The notes beneath the pieces are model-generated. The model saw nothing but the letters and a program-made list of their open reading frames with translations, made no database searches and was not told the DNA's origin. This document shows, piece after piece, positions 36,632-51,504 of a stretch of 64,000 bases of DNA (its first letter is position 1; each line of letters opens with the position of its first letter). The translations under genes and the position numbers were made by a program. Location: assembly GCF_026210795.1 (NCBI RefSeq), contig NC_089430.1, positions 2,356,001 through 2,420,000 on the forward strand. Direction: 5' to 3'. This DNA is from Rhizophagus irregularis (lineage: Eukaryota).

Positions 36632-39600
36632 AGGATCCCGAGCTATTAGTATATAAGTCAGGAAATTAGATGCGTAACCAACTTAATACCCTTTTCAGAT
36701 GTAAGATTTTTTATTTGCGTAAAATCGTCAAAATTTTTTAAAAGATCTGATTTTCATTTTGCATAATTTTGACCAAATTTCAAGATAGTAAGAAGTTGAC
36801 GATACTTATTTTTAATATAAATTAGGAAATTTTGTTATATCTTATAGCAGATCAATAGCAGATTAAAACTCACTTATTTTATATAATAACCACGAAATTA
36901 CCATATGACTATTAAAACACAATTCTTTGTTATTTATAAAAAAAAAATTTTTTTTTTGTCCTTTATAGAATATCCATTCTATAAAGAGCTTTTAATGTTT
37001 AAGTGAAAGTACAGTAAAAAAAGACTCTTAAAACACGAATTTTGTGCCCACATTATTCATCCAAAAAAGGTGGTATGCATATGTGGTAAAGTTATTAAGT
37101 TGAACCGAAAATGGAAAGAAGATTATCTAAACCGACATGCTGGAAATTCTGGTTGTAAAGCTAAGGAAGGTCATAGATCAATTTACAATTTCTTTAAATC
37201 TACTAAAATCCAACGTATTGAAAGTTCAGATAATGAATGGGATTCAGATATTTATGACGATATGGATGATGATGATTTGTTGCAAATAGATGAGGCAGAG
37301 GAAGGAGAAATAAATGAAGATGTAGATACCTTGCTTACAGATGATGAATTTTTAAGTGATACAAACAAATCTGAAAAACGTTTAATTTGTAAAGGTCTTC
37401 AATCTGAACAAATTTCTAATTACATAAAACGCACTCCAGCACAATTTGGTAGTTCTCAACGAGTAGAAATTGTTGCATGTGAATTATTTTCTAACAAGTT
37501 TCCTAAAAAGTTTAGCCGAAAGAAACTAAATTATAAATAAAAATGGAAATTAAATCATGCTTTATATGCAAAGTCCACTTGGCAAATTGATCAAAATAGT
37601 AAGTTATTATTGTTATATAAATATTTTTTTAAATTCAAAAAAAAAAACAAAAAACTTTAATTTTTTAAATTTATGTAGGTTGTGCAGTACATGCCAAAAC
37701 ATGTTCAGGATTTGCAGAAAATGGTAACGTTTGTAATGAATGTCGTTATATTCGATCTGATACAAACCTTTGCAATAAAATTGGAAAAAAAATACCATTA
37801 CCAGAGAATGTCAAATTTACGCCCAAATTTTATTGGGAAAATAGTCCTTTAAAATCTCATCTTCAAAATTTTGACCTCCGCGAAATCTGGAATTCACTTA
37901 ATAATGATAATGAAAATAAAAATAATCAAACACCAAATTCTTGGATTATATTGGCTGATAAAGCAATAAATGGAGCATTTAAAGATGCACCAGTTTTTTC
38001 AGGACTTTGCAAAGTAATGAGTGAAGCTGCTGAACGAAAAGCTAAGAATAAAAGTAAGCAAAATATGAAGTACAGTGAAGAATTTACCAGTTTCTTAATC
38101 CTTTTAGGGAATATTAGTTCCAGGGCTTTAGATTTATTTCGTCAAAATTTAGAAGGAAGAGGAATTCAATCATTAAGGTATTATTTATAATATTCATATT
38201 AACTTCTTTAATATAAATATTTTATTCAATTATAAACTGTTTTTTAATTATTAGAAAATTACGCCGTAATAGTGAAGATTATTTAACAGATCTTGATTTA
38301 TATTTTGAAAATGTTGCTCGTTTCAAACAATTACTTGATACAATTAGATATGATGGCCTTATAGCTGCAATGACCGATAATACAAAATTAAAATCACAGT
38401 TGAAATATTCTTCTACTTTTGGTTGTATTATTGGATCAATTTTTTCTAAAGAAGAAACATATGTAAATGTTTATTCTGATATTCCAAAGATAATTAAATC
38501 ATCAAATGGAATTGCTAAAGTTGTTCGTGTATATCTTTTGCAGGTATAATAAATTAATTATATTAATATATATTATACAGTAATTTAAATTCTCAGAAAA
38601 AATGCTAATTTAATTTAATTAATAATTTTAAAAGATACCTTTACCTAAATTTCCACTGGTTGCTATTGCTCTTATTCCTAATAAAGGATCAGATACTGTT
38701 AATGATATTGAAAAGTTACATAGAAAATTGATTGAAGAAATTGCACTGCAACTTCATCTTCATATTTTATCATTAGGTTCTGATGGAGTAATTACAGAAT
38801 TTTAGGCATAACAATCAATTCTTAATACTCAAACTTCAAAAAGACTTATAGTTCGTGAACCTTCTTTGAATATCAATTTTTCATGCCCTATTTTGGATGA
38901 AGTTGGACCTATAATTAGAGTACAAGATCCTAAACATGCCAAGAAAACTGCACGAAATGCAATTATGTCTGGAGCATGTCTGTTAACTTTTGGAACATCA
39001 TCTGCATGATTTCAACATTTTTTACCTCTTATTAATCATCATGATTCAATAATATATAAAAATGATGTTATTAAGTTAGATCGGCAGGATGATGGTGCCG
39101 CGTATAGAACATTCTGTTCATCAAATTTTAAACAATGTCTTGGAAATGATTATAAAGTTGAACAAGATATGGAAGGATTTTCCATATATCTATTTGTAAT
39201 GGATTAATATAAATATTTATTGAAAATAATTCTTGTCTTTAGTATTATTCAGTACTAAATTATATTTTATTTATTTATTTTAATAGGAGAATTAATAGAT
39301 AGTTATCTCAATCGTGATATTGCTCCTATTGAACGTATTCGAATGGCAATGACTACCTATTTTTTCCTTCATTTATGGAAATTTCATATTGAAACTTTAG
39401 TACAAAAGTATCCAGATTTTGTATCGATGTGAACAAATTTTTTAGCTAATCAAAGTTTTGCTATATTTACGTCTCTTGCAGAATCAATAGTTTTATTGGT
39501 AAAAATACATCATGAATTCTATCCACAAATTCCATTATTACCTTGGTTTCATAGTTCTGAACCCTGTGAACATTTCTTTGGTATTGCTCGTCAAATCAAT

Positions 39601-41330
39601 GCTGATTTTAACTTTGCTGAATTAATACAAATGGTTCCTAAAATTGCTCAATACAATAATGCTTTATGAAATCAAAAATTAAACTTTAACAAAGAAAAAA
39701 CAGTTAGACAAGGTAATTTTATAATTTAATTAATTAATTATTATTTTTATTACTCATTTATTTTTACATTTAATTTATAAATAACTATTTTCCAATAGGG
39801 TATCTTTTTGATTATAATGAAGGCTAATTAAACGATTTGTCTTTAGAAAAATTAAGATTATGGCCCACAGACGAACAAATTATGCAAACTATTCATCATT
39901 CTCATCGATTGGCACTTGAACTTACAAAATTTCTTGGCATGATCCAACCTGCAAATCCTGAAAACTTATCTATTGATATAAATAATTCACTTATTACGAT
40001 TGGCTCACATGAAAATGAAGTTTCAATGTCATATACATATAATGAAACAGATCCATCCTCAAATAGACATAATATTCAAGACATTCAAGAAAATGATGAT
40101 GACATATCTTCTTCAATAAATATTGCATCAAGAGAAATAGGTTGAAATAGTAATAATTTGGATGATAATATTGATTCCTCCCCTATTAACATATTTCAGA
40201 GTGGTCAAACGCAACTCAATATTATTGATGAATTTTCAGTTTTAAATAATGGTGATAGTGGTAAGTATTAGATATTTATATTTTAAAGTATTTACAATTT
40301 TAAACTAAAAATTATGACAGTTAATTTAGATTATCAGTACTTTCCAGAAAATACTTTTGAATTTGAAGCTTTACTTAATCAACGTAAATCACATGATGCA
40401 TATTGTTCAAAACCTCTTAAACGAAAATTTAAAATAAAAGCATCAAATTCAATTAGATTGGATGCATCAAACTCTATTCAACCTAATAAAGCTAGCCATT
40501 TCATTGCATACTTTACAAAGAATAAAAATCCTGAACAGCAATTTATTAAACAAAGAGAAAAAAGATGGAAAGAGAATCGTAAAAATATATCTTTAACACT
40601 AGCGCAATTATATACAGAAGAGATAAAAAAATCAAGACAAAAACAGAAGTCAAATAAAAGAAATATTCAATTGGAATTAATTCCAAGTAAATATATTTAT
40701 TTTTATTTAATAAATTTTTTTGTAATTATAATATCATTGAATTTAACTAATTAATTATTTTAACATGTAGTTCCCAATATTGAAAATGCAAATATATTCA
40801 AGGAATTTCCGCTATTGAAGGGTGATTATGTTTTTGTTCTATATGGCGAAACTATGTGTATAGGAAAGGTTGTAGCAATATATTTTGAGGGTTACAATAA
40901 CCATTGTTATATAGATGAACCTATTACAAATTTAAATGATATTTCTTATATTTCATTATATGTTTATTTACCTATTCATCTTGATCTGTTTAGTGACATT
41001 TTGAAAAAGGGTTGTAATCTTTTAACGCATCATTTAGCATCTAATATCATTTATCATTTTGGTAAATCAGGAGTATCAATTGATGGAAATATTTTAAAAT
41101 TATTAGGTAATGAAAAAAAATATTATTTTGATTATTTTGGCTGTAAGGATATTATTCAAAAGATATATGATGTTTTGGGAGGAAGATAAATGATCATTTT
41201 GCTTATTTTAGATAAAATTTTAAAGTTAGGTTCTTAGAATGCGTATTAATAATAATAAAAACCTATATGTAGAGCTAATATAAAAAAATTTTAGTTTCAC
41301 CTGACCTATATATGTATAGCTCGGGGTCCT
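36632..41330 (+). mobile_element. P-element-superfamily transposon, 4.7 kb
   Basis: 31-bp imperfect TIR AGGA(T/C)CCCGAGCTAT...TATATA(A/G)GTCAGG, 8-bp TSD ATATAAGT, transposase inside. Confidence 0.85.
36995..41189 (+). pseudogene. Multi-exon P/THAP9-like transposase
   Basis: AAMTDNTKLK, LSLGSDG, QDPKHAKKTARN and SEPCEHFFGIARQ resemble the P-transposase DDE motifs. N-terminal CxC..H zinc motif, GT-AG introns, several stops. Confidence 0.75.
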
Positions 41331-41924
41331 ATATAAGTGGTCTGAAACTGGCAAATTAATAAAACTATACTAGCTTCTTGCCAGTTCCATAGCGCCAAGT
41401 TAGATTCCAAAAAATTATATGTCCAAAAAAATCGGTCAGAGTTAGCTTCATTATAATGCCAGCCAAAATTAGTAATACTATATAGCAGAGGGTGTTCTGG
41501 ACTTCTGGTATCAGAATGGTATCACATGACTATGGCACAATAATTTTGGCCAGAACTTTGGATATAATAACTTAGCATCCAAACTGGCATAGAAGTGGCA
41601 TGAAACTGGCAAACTAATAAAACCACTCTAGCTTCCTGCCAGTTCCATAACAGCTCTACAGTAGTTCCAGGATACTACCAAGTCACCATCATGACGTCAA
41701 GCTGGATCCTCAAATCATGTGCTCTAAAGATCGGCCAGAATTATGGCATAATGTCAGCCAAAATTAATCGCAAATCTACTGCGCCACCTGACCCAATTTT
41801 TTTTTTACGCATTTTAACAGGCAACCAAATAGGCGCACAGTTCATCTATATTTACTAACCAACTGGTCATAGAGAGGGAAAACAGACCCCATCTTTAGGA
41901 TACATAAATTAATAGATTATCAGT

Positions 41925-42115
41925 TATAACATCCTAGGACATATTAATCAATAAACTATAATTTCCTAGGACATATTAATCAATAAACTATAACATCCTA
42001 TGACATTAATTAATAAACTATATTGTCCTAGGACATATTAGTCTGGAACAAGTAGTATGTCCTAAGACATATTAATATATTAATAATATATTAATATGTC
42101 TTAGGACATACTACT
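41925..42115. repeat. ~30-bp tandem repeats followed by a perfect 65-bp palindrome
   Basis: TCCTAGGACATATTAA-type unit x4; 31-bp arms with a 3-nt loop at 42051-42115. Confidence 0.9.
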
Positions 42116-42270
42116 CAAGAAACAGAGTATTTAAAATTCCACACGTTTCTCCATAAAATTCTAACGGAAGTCTTACACCAAAGTCGATTAACTAACAGAC
42201 ATGAATGTAAAGAAATCTTATCATCTTCTAAGTATTCAAAGATCTCATTTAAGCAATCACTTATGACATT
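42116..42270 (-). pseudogene. Truncated F-box gene
   Basis: SDCLNEIFEYLEDDKISLHSCLLVNRLWCKTSVRILW, cut off exactly at the palindrome. Confidence 0.85.
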
Positions 42271-43859
42271 TTTTTTTTCAGAAATGTGGGACCGTACGGT
42301 CAATTTTATTTTGAAATGTCCGCTTTGTAACAATTTATCATATGACTTTATGAAGTTTTTCCGGAAAATCATGAGATACGTGCTAATACACTACAAAGAT
42401 TTAGGTGTAACAATAATACCTGTAAGTAGTAATTTCATTCTTTTTACGATCGCTTTATATGATTTAACTTGTTAATTTATTTGGTCCTTTGTTAAATGCC
42501 TTTTTTTTCATAACAATTCAATCTTTTTTAATATTGATATTGTTGTTTATAGATTATCACTTAAATCACATAGCATTTATGTACAGTATCTATTTATAAT
42601 TCAGATTTATTATTAACAACAACTTAAAAAGTCATTGGATTTACTATATATATCGTACTCAGTTACGTACGCCAAATTTTAATTTAAACAAAATATCCGA
42701 GAATTAAATAATTTGTTTGATCAACGAGCAATAAAATTACTTTAAATATTATAATCATTAATCATTACATGATTTTTTAGTAACAATTAAAACAGCATTA
42801 TTGACAATAAATGCGATAAATCTATTGTGTAAATTTATACATCAGCAATGATGATTCCACGATGCAATTCTTGCTGATATTTTAAGATATGACGCGTTAT
42901 TATAATATACTTGCTCGTGATTCATTAGATAATTAACTACTTCAGTTTATTTAGTGGATTCAAGATTCTGCGAATTGTCAGACTCGTAATTTTTAGACCA
43001 ATCATCAATGATTGATTATTTGATTTTGGTGCTAGTTCTTTTAGACTTATAAATGTGATGCTTGTTCTTTGTCATAAATTTTTTTGTAGCTATTCCTTTC
43101 TTTCCACATACTGGTCAGGCAGCATTATTTTATATCAAAGTAACAAAAGACAGGATCATTAGGAATTATTTCGGAATATTTTACAAAGCTGAAAGATTAC
43201 AGAAAAACACTTTATTAATAATCCCTTATGAAGAGCTCTATTTAAATTTGAAAACTACTCAATTCAATAGCAGTATTACAAGCTTATTATCAAACAGAAA
43301 AATGAATTAAAAATCATTTACTAACATTTAACAATAATGAAGATTTACAATTGTGACTTATTGTATAGTGAAAATGAGTATTTATATATTCAGATATCAA
43401 TCATGAACAAAAAAAAAAAGAAAAAAGAATTATTTTAGTTTGATGAAAGTAGCAGATCACGATAATTTAAAGAAATGATAATAAGTTATAATAAGGATAT
43501 ACTGTGTAAATATGAATTATACTGATAATAATGAATTAGTGTTTATTAGTTTTTAAATAAAAAATTTAATTCTAATAAAACAAATTAAAATATTTTTTTT
43601 TATGTTAAACAATAATAATAATAATAATAATCATCTGAATTAAACTTACTAAGTCATTCAATTGAGGGTTAAATTTTACGTATTATTAATAATTCAGCTA
43701 TTTTTAACGTTCTTAATGATATGTAGATCCCTCGCTCGCATCATCATAGATATCTCTGCGATGGATCATCTTCTCTCCGCATCATTTTAGATCTCTCGCT
43801 CGCATCATCTCAGATACCTCTGCGAGAAATCTAATTTCGCTTTAAAGATTTAATCCTTT

Positions 43860-46330
43860 TGGCCGTTAATAATCTTATTTCTTTTCTGAACATCACAGAT
43901 TCTACCAATCTATCAAATTCTACTTTTGATTCTGACTCATTAGATTCTACCATAAATATATTTGCAACTGTCCAAATCCATAAAAATTATTTTAAATCCA
44001 AAAAAAAAATAAAAAATAAAAAAAAATAAAAAAATGTTTTTTAACCCCAAAAATAAAAATAATTTTTTTTTTAATTACCTGATTTACCTCTATAGCTTCA
44101 ATTCGGTGGTGTTTTTTTTTGAATTGTCTGACATAATAAATTCATGAGCACAAATTTGGTATATAAGATTTTATCAATAATTCAATAATTGAATTATAAT
44201 ATATTGCTATCTGAAAATAATATTTCTTTAAAATTGATAAGGAATAAATAACCAACCCTATATATCCAAGAAATTGATAAAATATCTGATGAACTAAAAG
44301 ATGCAATACATTTATCCCCTCCAAACTTCACAACCAAGATGTGCAATTTACTAGTAAATAAGAGACAAAATTTATATATTTATTAATAGATAATAATAGA
44401 ATTGACATAAAAAATATGAATACTACTAACACGCAAATAGGTAGTCGGTCGTGAAGTATACTAAAAAAAAAAAAAATTATAAAAAGTGGTATGTATCAGA
44501 ATAATTGTGTAAATTCAGATGACTCCTATACCGGCTGGACAATTTGTGTCCGCATAAGCTTGTCCCCCACTTTGATGAATTATTATTACAGCTTCATTTT
44601 CAAAAAACGCCAAATATTTGAAGACAAGTAACCAAACGGTGTAAAATCCGTCTATATATTTTGCAGCTTTCCAGACCTTTAAACATCAAGATTACTGTCT
44701 CTCATTTAACAGGTACAGCTTCCATCCCTGTATTACTTCCTTGATTTATGATATGCTTCAATAATACATAATCCTGCATATTTTCCTTGAGCTTCAGAAT
44801 ATTGTAAAGAAATGTCATCAAATCCCGTTATAACGGAATCATCATTATCACCGATCTCTCAAATTTAAATAAAAATTGAGCCGGTTTCTCCAATATCTTC
44901 AATCGAAATTTATCAACTAACATTCCAAACGCTCAACCAATTTCTACATTAAATATAACTGATTACGGTCTTGCTCAACAGCTCAAGTTCCTAAAAATTT
45001 GTTCGGCCATTAACATACTTAACGTAAATATATCTCATTGATTAAAATTAACTTTAATTAAAATTTTGTATCGTTTTTCGAGTCACATTATTGAGATTAT
45101 CTTTAATAGCATAAAGTTTCATAGTGCAACTACCTAAAGGTATCATATAATGAGCTAACGAAAGATCTCTTAATCAATTGGTATAAGTATCAACATTTTT
45201 TTCTGTAAAATAAGAATTAAACACTTGACAATGATTTGATTTTAGTGACTTGATATTGCTTTCGAATGGTATCGTCAACGCTTCCTTCAATATGAACATC
45301 CAATGTATCAAAGAGTGTTTGAATATTCATCTTTTTAATTTTTCCGTTAATGCACTGGGTAAATTATGGATATGTTTGAAAATGGCTATCCACTTTTCTA
45401 TTATAAGAAAATATGATCAAATTTCGTCTTAAAAATTTAGTTCTTAAGATACCTCTGGTCCATGACATACAATAGCAGCCATATTAGCCAAGAGCGCTTG
45501 TGAAGTATCCCTCATTTAATATGTTGTTTGGTTTGTAACGGCAATGTAAGTCTTATTTCCAAATGCATTCCAACTAATCAAGCAAAAAATGCAGCGTGTG
45601 GGCCGTCATAACCTAACACCAAAACGCCGAATATTGCCTGGCAATAGCGTTCCACTTTCCAAGTTATGCTAATAAAGTTAATGCCATCAAATCAATTGCA
45701 CAAACTACTTTGCCACATAAGAAATAAATTTTAGCGGAATGTCAGAATAGTGGGTACTAAATAATATTAAATATGATAATTGAATAATGAAATTGCCTGA
45801 ATAACACACAAGCTAAACCATTTTATGTTTGTGCCTCCTACTACTACATAAATCCTAAATTCTTCGAAACGTGTCTGAAGACGTGCAATAGTTTAAGATG
45901 ACACATTTCATTCACAACCAAAAGTGTTTCTTTGCAGGAAAAAATCGGTATGGCTTCCACATCAGCAATCATTGGCGAGATCCATGCAAGTGAGGTTTAA
46001 AAGTTCAGAAATGATTTCAATTACCTAAAAGATTCATAATAATAATTAATTTGACCTGGATAATTTTAGTATAAATCATTAACGAATCAACCTTAGATTC
46101 TATTTTTGATTCTTTACTTGCATCTCACTTCCTGACCGATGAAAGTCACTTCTTTCGCGCGAAATTCTGAACTGTTTTTTTCTTTAACACTTATAAGCAT
46201 TGCTAGCATCAGATGATCCATTATGCTTTCGAAGAAAATCATATTTTAATGGAGTCGATGAAATTTTCATAATGTTCATTATACCCTTTGAATCCAAATT
46301 TTAATTTCTGTACTGAAGTATTATAAGTCG
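43860..46330 (-). pseudogene. GCV2: Glycine dehydrogenase (glycine cleavage P protein) pseudogene
   Basis: Collinear remnants: TIARLQTR..F.I.VVVG, LGYDGPHAAFFA, TSQALLANMAA, DLSLAHYMIPLGSCTMKL, TGFDDISLQ.SEAQGKYAGL, IIHQSGGQAY, CAHEFI, VANIFMVESNESESKVEFDR. Many indels and stops. Confidence 0.88.
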
Positions 46331-48508
46331 TGTTGTAATAGTACAAATCCGCCTCGATAAAAGGGCTCGATATAAACATGTGTGTCGAATTTTATGGAAC
46401 GTAATTGAGATATCTCAATACTTTTGAAATCGAAAGCTCACTTTTTCTAAAGTTAAATAGTATTAATTATAATTAATTTCGTTATTTAACTAAACGAACC
46501 CTTAAATTACAAAAAACTATTTGAACTTCTGAGAAGGTGAAATTTTATCAAGTTTAAAACATCATCAATTTATACCAGATGAAAGAATCGACAAAATTCT
46601 TTCTTTATTTGGAAATATCAAATCTTATTGATCAATAAAATTTAAATTAACCGATCCATGTAAAACAACCACGAGAGCTGTAAATACGAAAGCAAGTCAA
46701 CTTGAAATTATAATACAAGTTTTCCTATTTATCTTCACAATAAACGGGGGCTTCTACATTACGGCTATGGCAAAGTTTTGGAATTATTTCACTTCTCGTT
46801 CACAGACATTAGCAACATTCAAAATAAAGTACATCTTTAACAGCAAGAAAATTTATTGGTTAATTTAACAATTTGAAACTTGCAACACCACAAGGATTTC
46901 CTAAAAATTATGAATAGGCTTTCCGATATACTTTGCTCGGCCATAGTCGAGTTTATGAATATCTTTGCTTCTATATGAATTCTAACACCGAATTAAGAAT
47001 CAAGATGTATATTTTGGATTGTTATTCTATTAAATCCAAGGGTAATTCGTGATCAATTTGCACCTATCAGATAAAATTATTCCGCGTTAACCAAATTAAT
47101 GTTGACGTCTCGGATTATACTCTTGATTAAGTAAAAACATGAAAGAAAGTATTACTTGTAATACAAATGGTTTTAGCATCTGTAAAAGTTGAAGATTTTT
47201 AGAAAAATTTTTATATTGCAACTAACTCCACAAAGAGAGATACAAATTGTTTTGCTGGGAGATTAGCTAAAATAAGAGCTGAATGATAATATTAGTCAAA
47301 ATGGAAAGCTATAGTCATACTTTTCTCATAAGATGACGAAAACCCAAGCATGAGATACGTAAAAAATTTATAGATTTGTTTCAATAATTAATTTATATTG
47401 TTCATATACGTATTTCTGTGGATCATATGAAAAGGCTGACAGACAGTTGTATAAAAGAACAAGACGTTTATGCATGGGATCGTTATTACAAATTTCATCA
47501 CTCACGCAGTCTATTAAATCAATATCACCATTTTTCCAATAAGACGTGCTGATTATGACGATGGTATCTATAAAACAGAAGTGAGAGAATTATTAAAGTC
47601 ATGGTGTGAAAATTAACGGAAGAACAAGAAGTCCTTACTTGTGACTTTGTGAAACCGAAAGGATACAAAATCCAAGTTCGGCAATGCAATGTAAGTTTTA
47701 ATTGTTTATTAGTCATTGAATTTAATTGTATACTTTTATTAATATCTTTGAATTATTAGCAATGATAGTTCAATAATATTTCCAGTATCTAAATTAATCA
47801 AGTTTCTGCATCATATTATTTCTTTGATCTCATATTTTTGAGACATTTTGCAAGACTCAGATCAATAATAACTCAAGTATTCTTATTCATATTTTGACCA
47901 AAACTTATAAAGATGTTGTGTTTAAATAGAATAGTTCCGTAGCCAGAATTTCAGTTGTACTAATTTTAATTTTAGAAAATTCCATTTATCTATTACGAAA
48001 TAAAATTTAATATGTAGTGAATCAAATAAAAAATAAAATAAAATAATACGGATTAACTCTTATCTTTATATTTATTCTGATTCATTTTTGTACCAAAATT
48101 TTTTACTAATTGTGCATATTCTACTACTGTTCTGAATTTAGCTGTACCAGAATTTATGATGAAAATCAGGTAAAATTTTGCTGTTAATATCCACAAAGAA
48201 ATCGTAGTAACAAATGTATTTATACTATGACATTTAATCTATAATTCGTAGTGACTGGTAGTTAAAATGATTACAATTTATATGATTTAAAAAATCGGAT
48301 AATATTACATTATGATATGATTAAAGTAAATTACTCAAAATACTAATTTATAATATCAAACAAATCGAAAACCTACTTTTTAGTTATTAGATCATAACAA
48401 CAAAAACAAATTCAAATTTAATTATTTATTTCTTTATTATATTATTCATAGAAGTAATATATAATATAGAAAACAAATTAATACATTTCATTTACTTGAT
48501 ATAAGATA

Positions 48509-50029
48509 CTATTTTTTTCTTTTGATAATTTGAAATACTTCATAATCTTCTATTGCAAATTCTTCTTTAGTATCACTTATCTTTTTTTCATAATATTCTT
48601 TTTTACAAATTATTGTATTAATACCTGTAACTGATTCTTTTGCTGCATCTAATATAAGATCATTTCCAAAACCTGGACCATGTTCATGATGATTATTTAT
48701 TGCACAATCCATATCATTTACTTTACTAATAATTGAACCTTTAAAGCTATAAGTATTTTTAAAGGAAAATATAAAACTATCTTTAGTTTTTCCCCAAGAA
48801 TCAGAAGATATAAATGTTGAAGGATTATATCCCCCTAAAATTTCTTCTGTCCCTTTTATTTTAACAAATGTAACAGTATATGCTTTATCATCACATAATG
48901 TATGGAATGTTCCAGGATTAAAACCATCTTTACTTGCTCTTAATAATAATTTAAATTTATATGGCACATATAATTCTCTTAGTTGAGAAAATTTATCATT
49001 AATTTCAACTTTATCAATCCATCTTGAAATAGTTGAAACAATACTTAGATTAACAATCTTTGAATCAATAATTCCATCAACTTTAATATTTCTAGGAAAT
49101 GAAATATTATCTTTTGGTTCATAATTAGGATCCAAATAGGAATTTAATAAATCCTCATAAAGTTGATGCTTTAAAAGTTTTTTATAAGGATGAACTTTTT
49201 GTAAAAATTCTTTAGATGATAAACTAAAAAATCTAATTAAAGGTAAACAATGCTTTAAAGTATTTTCCACTGTTTTAAAATCATCATCAGTCCAAGTGTC
49301 AGGATCTGGAATGAGAGTTGGATTTTGTGCAAGACCCCATTTTAATACATGCTCCCAAACTTCAATTTCATTCATTTGTAAATCATTTCTCTTAATAAGT
49401 AAGATTAAAGACTTTTCGGGAAGTGAAGTAAAATCAAATGATTTAAATATTTTTTCTGGATATTTAGCCATTAAATTCGTACAAAATTGTTGAATTTTTA
49501 AAAGATTATTACGCTGAAAACTTGTTTGATGAACAAGTTCAAAATGTTGCTCTATCCATTCCGATTTATTTTCAATTAAATAATTCTGTAAATATTCAAC
49601 TATTTCTTGAAGTAATAACTCATCTGCAGCTATCAAAACTTTTAAAATATCTGAAGTTTCTTGTTCATCTAATGAAAGAATACCACCATAAATATACCTA
49701 GAATATTATAAAATTTAAAAAGATTGCAAAATTAAAATATTAAAAATATTACAAGTTAATTACACCATAACTTACTTCAAAATAATTTTTAGGATTTCCG
49801 GTGATATATTTGATAACTTAATATGAGCTAAGGTATTATCATTATTCTTTTTATTGGAAGCTAAAGCTCGTCGTAAATATGGAGAACGGTAACATAAAAT
49901 ATTCATATGTGCACGAAAGATATTTACATTAGGATCTTCTCCAGCTTCAATTGTAACATCATAATATTCATCATCATTTAACAGCTCAATATAGTTTTGA
50001 CTTAATTTCGGAAAAAATTGCGATGACAT
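48509..50029 (-). CDS. BTB/POZ-BACK-TLDc domain protein
   Basis: Exons 50029-49776 and 49697-48509 with a GT-AG intron. IFRAHMNILCYRSPY, EIEVWEHVLKWG, LLRASKDGF..FHTLCD..ILGGYNP. Confidence 0.92.
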
Positions 50030-50137
50030 AATTTTAAATTTATCAGTGGTAGGTGAGGAGAATTTATAAAGGATTATCCGGATCATGCATGTTGATTTCA
50101 AATAAGGTTAAATTAAAATATAACGTGATGATTACCC

Positions 50138-50332
50138 CAGCGTACCCTTCAAAAATGTCACGAAACGGCCGGCATTACGGCGTTATGCACTAACACGTGA
50201 AAATAAACAGTGACGAATAAGGAAACCAAGTCCCTCAGATACTTATGAAAAATGGAAACAAGGAAGGGTGTGACGGATGTGACAAAAACAGTCACGTGCT
50301 TTTATATTGTGACATTTTTGAAGGGTACGCTG
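50138..50332. mobile_element. MITE with perfect 24-bp TIR, just upstream of the BTB gene
   Basis: CAGCGTACCCTTCAAAAATGTCAC / GTGACATTTTTGAAGGGTACGCTG; no TSD seen. Confidence 0.75.
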
Positions 50333-50664
50333 TGTCGCTGTGGAAATCTAACGTGATTTACTGCGCCATTTACAATCAGCTATTTGTTATATAGTTTCCG
50401 TTCACGCACAATTGGAATATCACAAATAAATCACACTTGAAGGATCGCAAAAGGAATGTTAAATCAGTAAAAAATTTATGTGATCTTTTTTGAAGTTTGA
50501 CTTACAATTCCATTATTTATAAGGTTTATACTGTAATGCGTTCTGGAAATTAATCCATCAGAAGTTTAGAACTAAATTTCGAAACAGAAAATATACTTTT
50601 TCTTAAAAAAAAAATCCAAAGATGTTTCAAATATATGTGAATTTCAAGGACTATTACAGTGCAT

Positions 50665-51075
50665 TAGTGTTACGATCCGGATGATTAACGGATGGCCAAT
50701 TTGTTCAAATATTTCCCATCTATTTTTGGAAAGAGATGCCTACATTTCCTAAATTATGTATTTGCTATTAGGGTTTACATTTAACATTATAGGACGACCC
50801 AAAAAAAGAATTATTCTATTGACTAAATGTTAAAAATGAAATATAATTCAGACGGATTGAATTTTATTATCTATACGGATGAATATTTCCGATTTTTGAT
50901 GAGTTTTCTAATTTATCTCTTTTTTTTTTATTTCCGAAGGAGATATTTAAGTTTATTAAATTATATATTAAGATATACTTACAAAATATCTCGAAAAAAA
51001 ATTATTCCTTTATTGATTGATTGCACATAATTATTAAAATGTGACGATCCGTTAATCATCCGGATCGTAACTCTA
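50665..51075. mobile_element. hAT-type MITE
   Basis: TIR TAG(T/A)GTTACGATCCGGATGATTAACGGAT, 8-bp TSD CAGTGCAT. Confidence 0.9.
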
Positions 51076-51504
51076 CAGTGCATTTATCGACATCAATTAG
51101 AGTGCGCTAAAAAGGTAAATATATTAATTTATAATAAAGTATGAAATTTTTTTATAAATAAGAACAGTTCACGAACTAAAATAAATACTTCCATATTTGA
51201 CATAACATAGCCTTTCTTTTTTTTCAAAAAAATCATTTACGCTTCGAATAAATCATCTTTGCTACTTTATATGAACAAACTTTTCAGCGATACCTCATCA
51301 CTTAAGCTTAGCGATTTAAATTAATTTATTTTTATTAATTATAGTACGATATTAAATTAAATTCGCAAAATCAATTTATATGCACACTGAAATCGTATTA
51401 TTCCAAAAAACCATACAAAAAAAATGATAAAAATATAAACTACTGTAATTTGTTACACTCTCTTTACGTAACTAAAAATAAAATTTCGTTAAAATACTGT
51501 ATCA

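Larger units (their letters stand above)
36220..41786. mobile_element. Degenerate TIR element with internal tandem repeats; host of the P-like insertion
   Basis: GGCGCAGTA(A/G)ATTT inverted ends; the ~210-bp block at 36316-36526 recurs at 41331-41543. Confidence 0.45.

Noticed and set aside
46500..47760. Possible decayed plus-strand gene
   Set aside because: Coding-like composition but no recognisable motif or sustained frame
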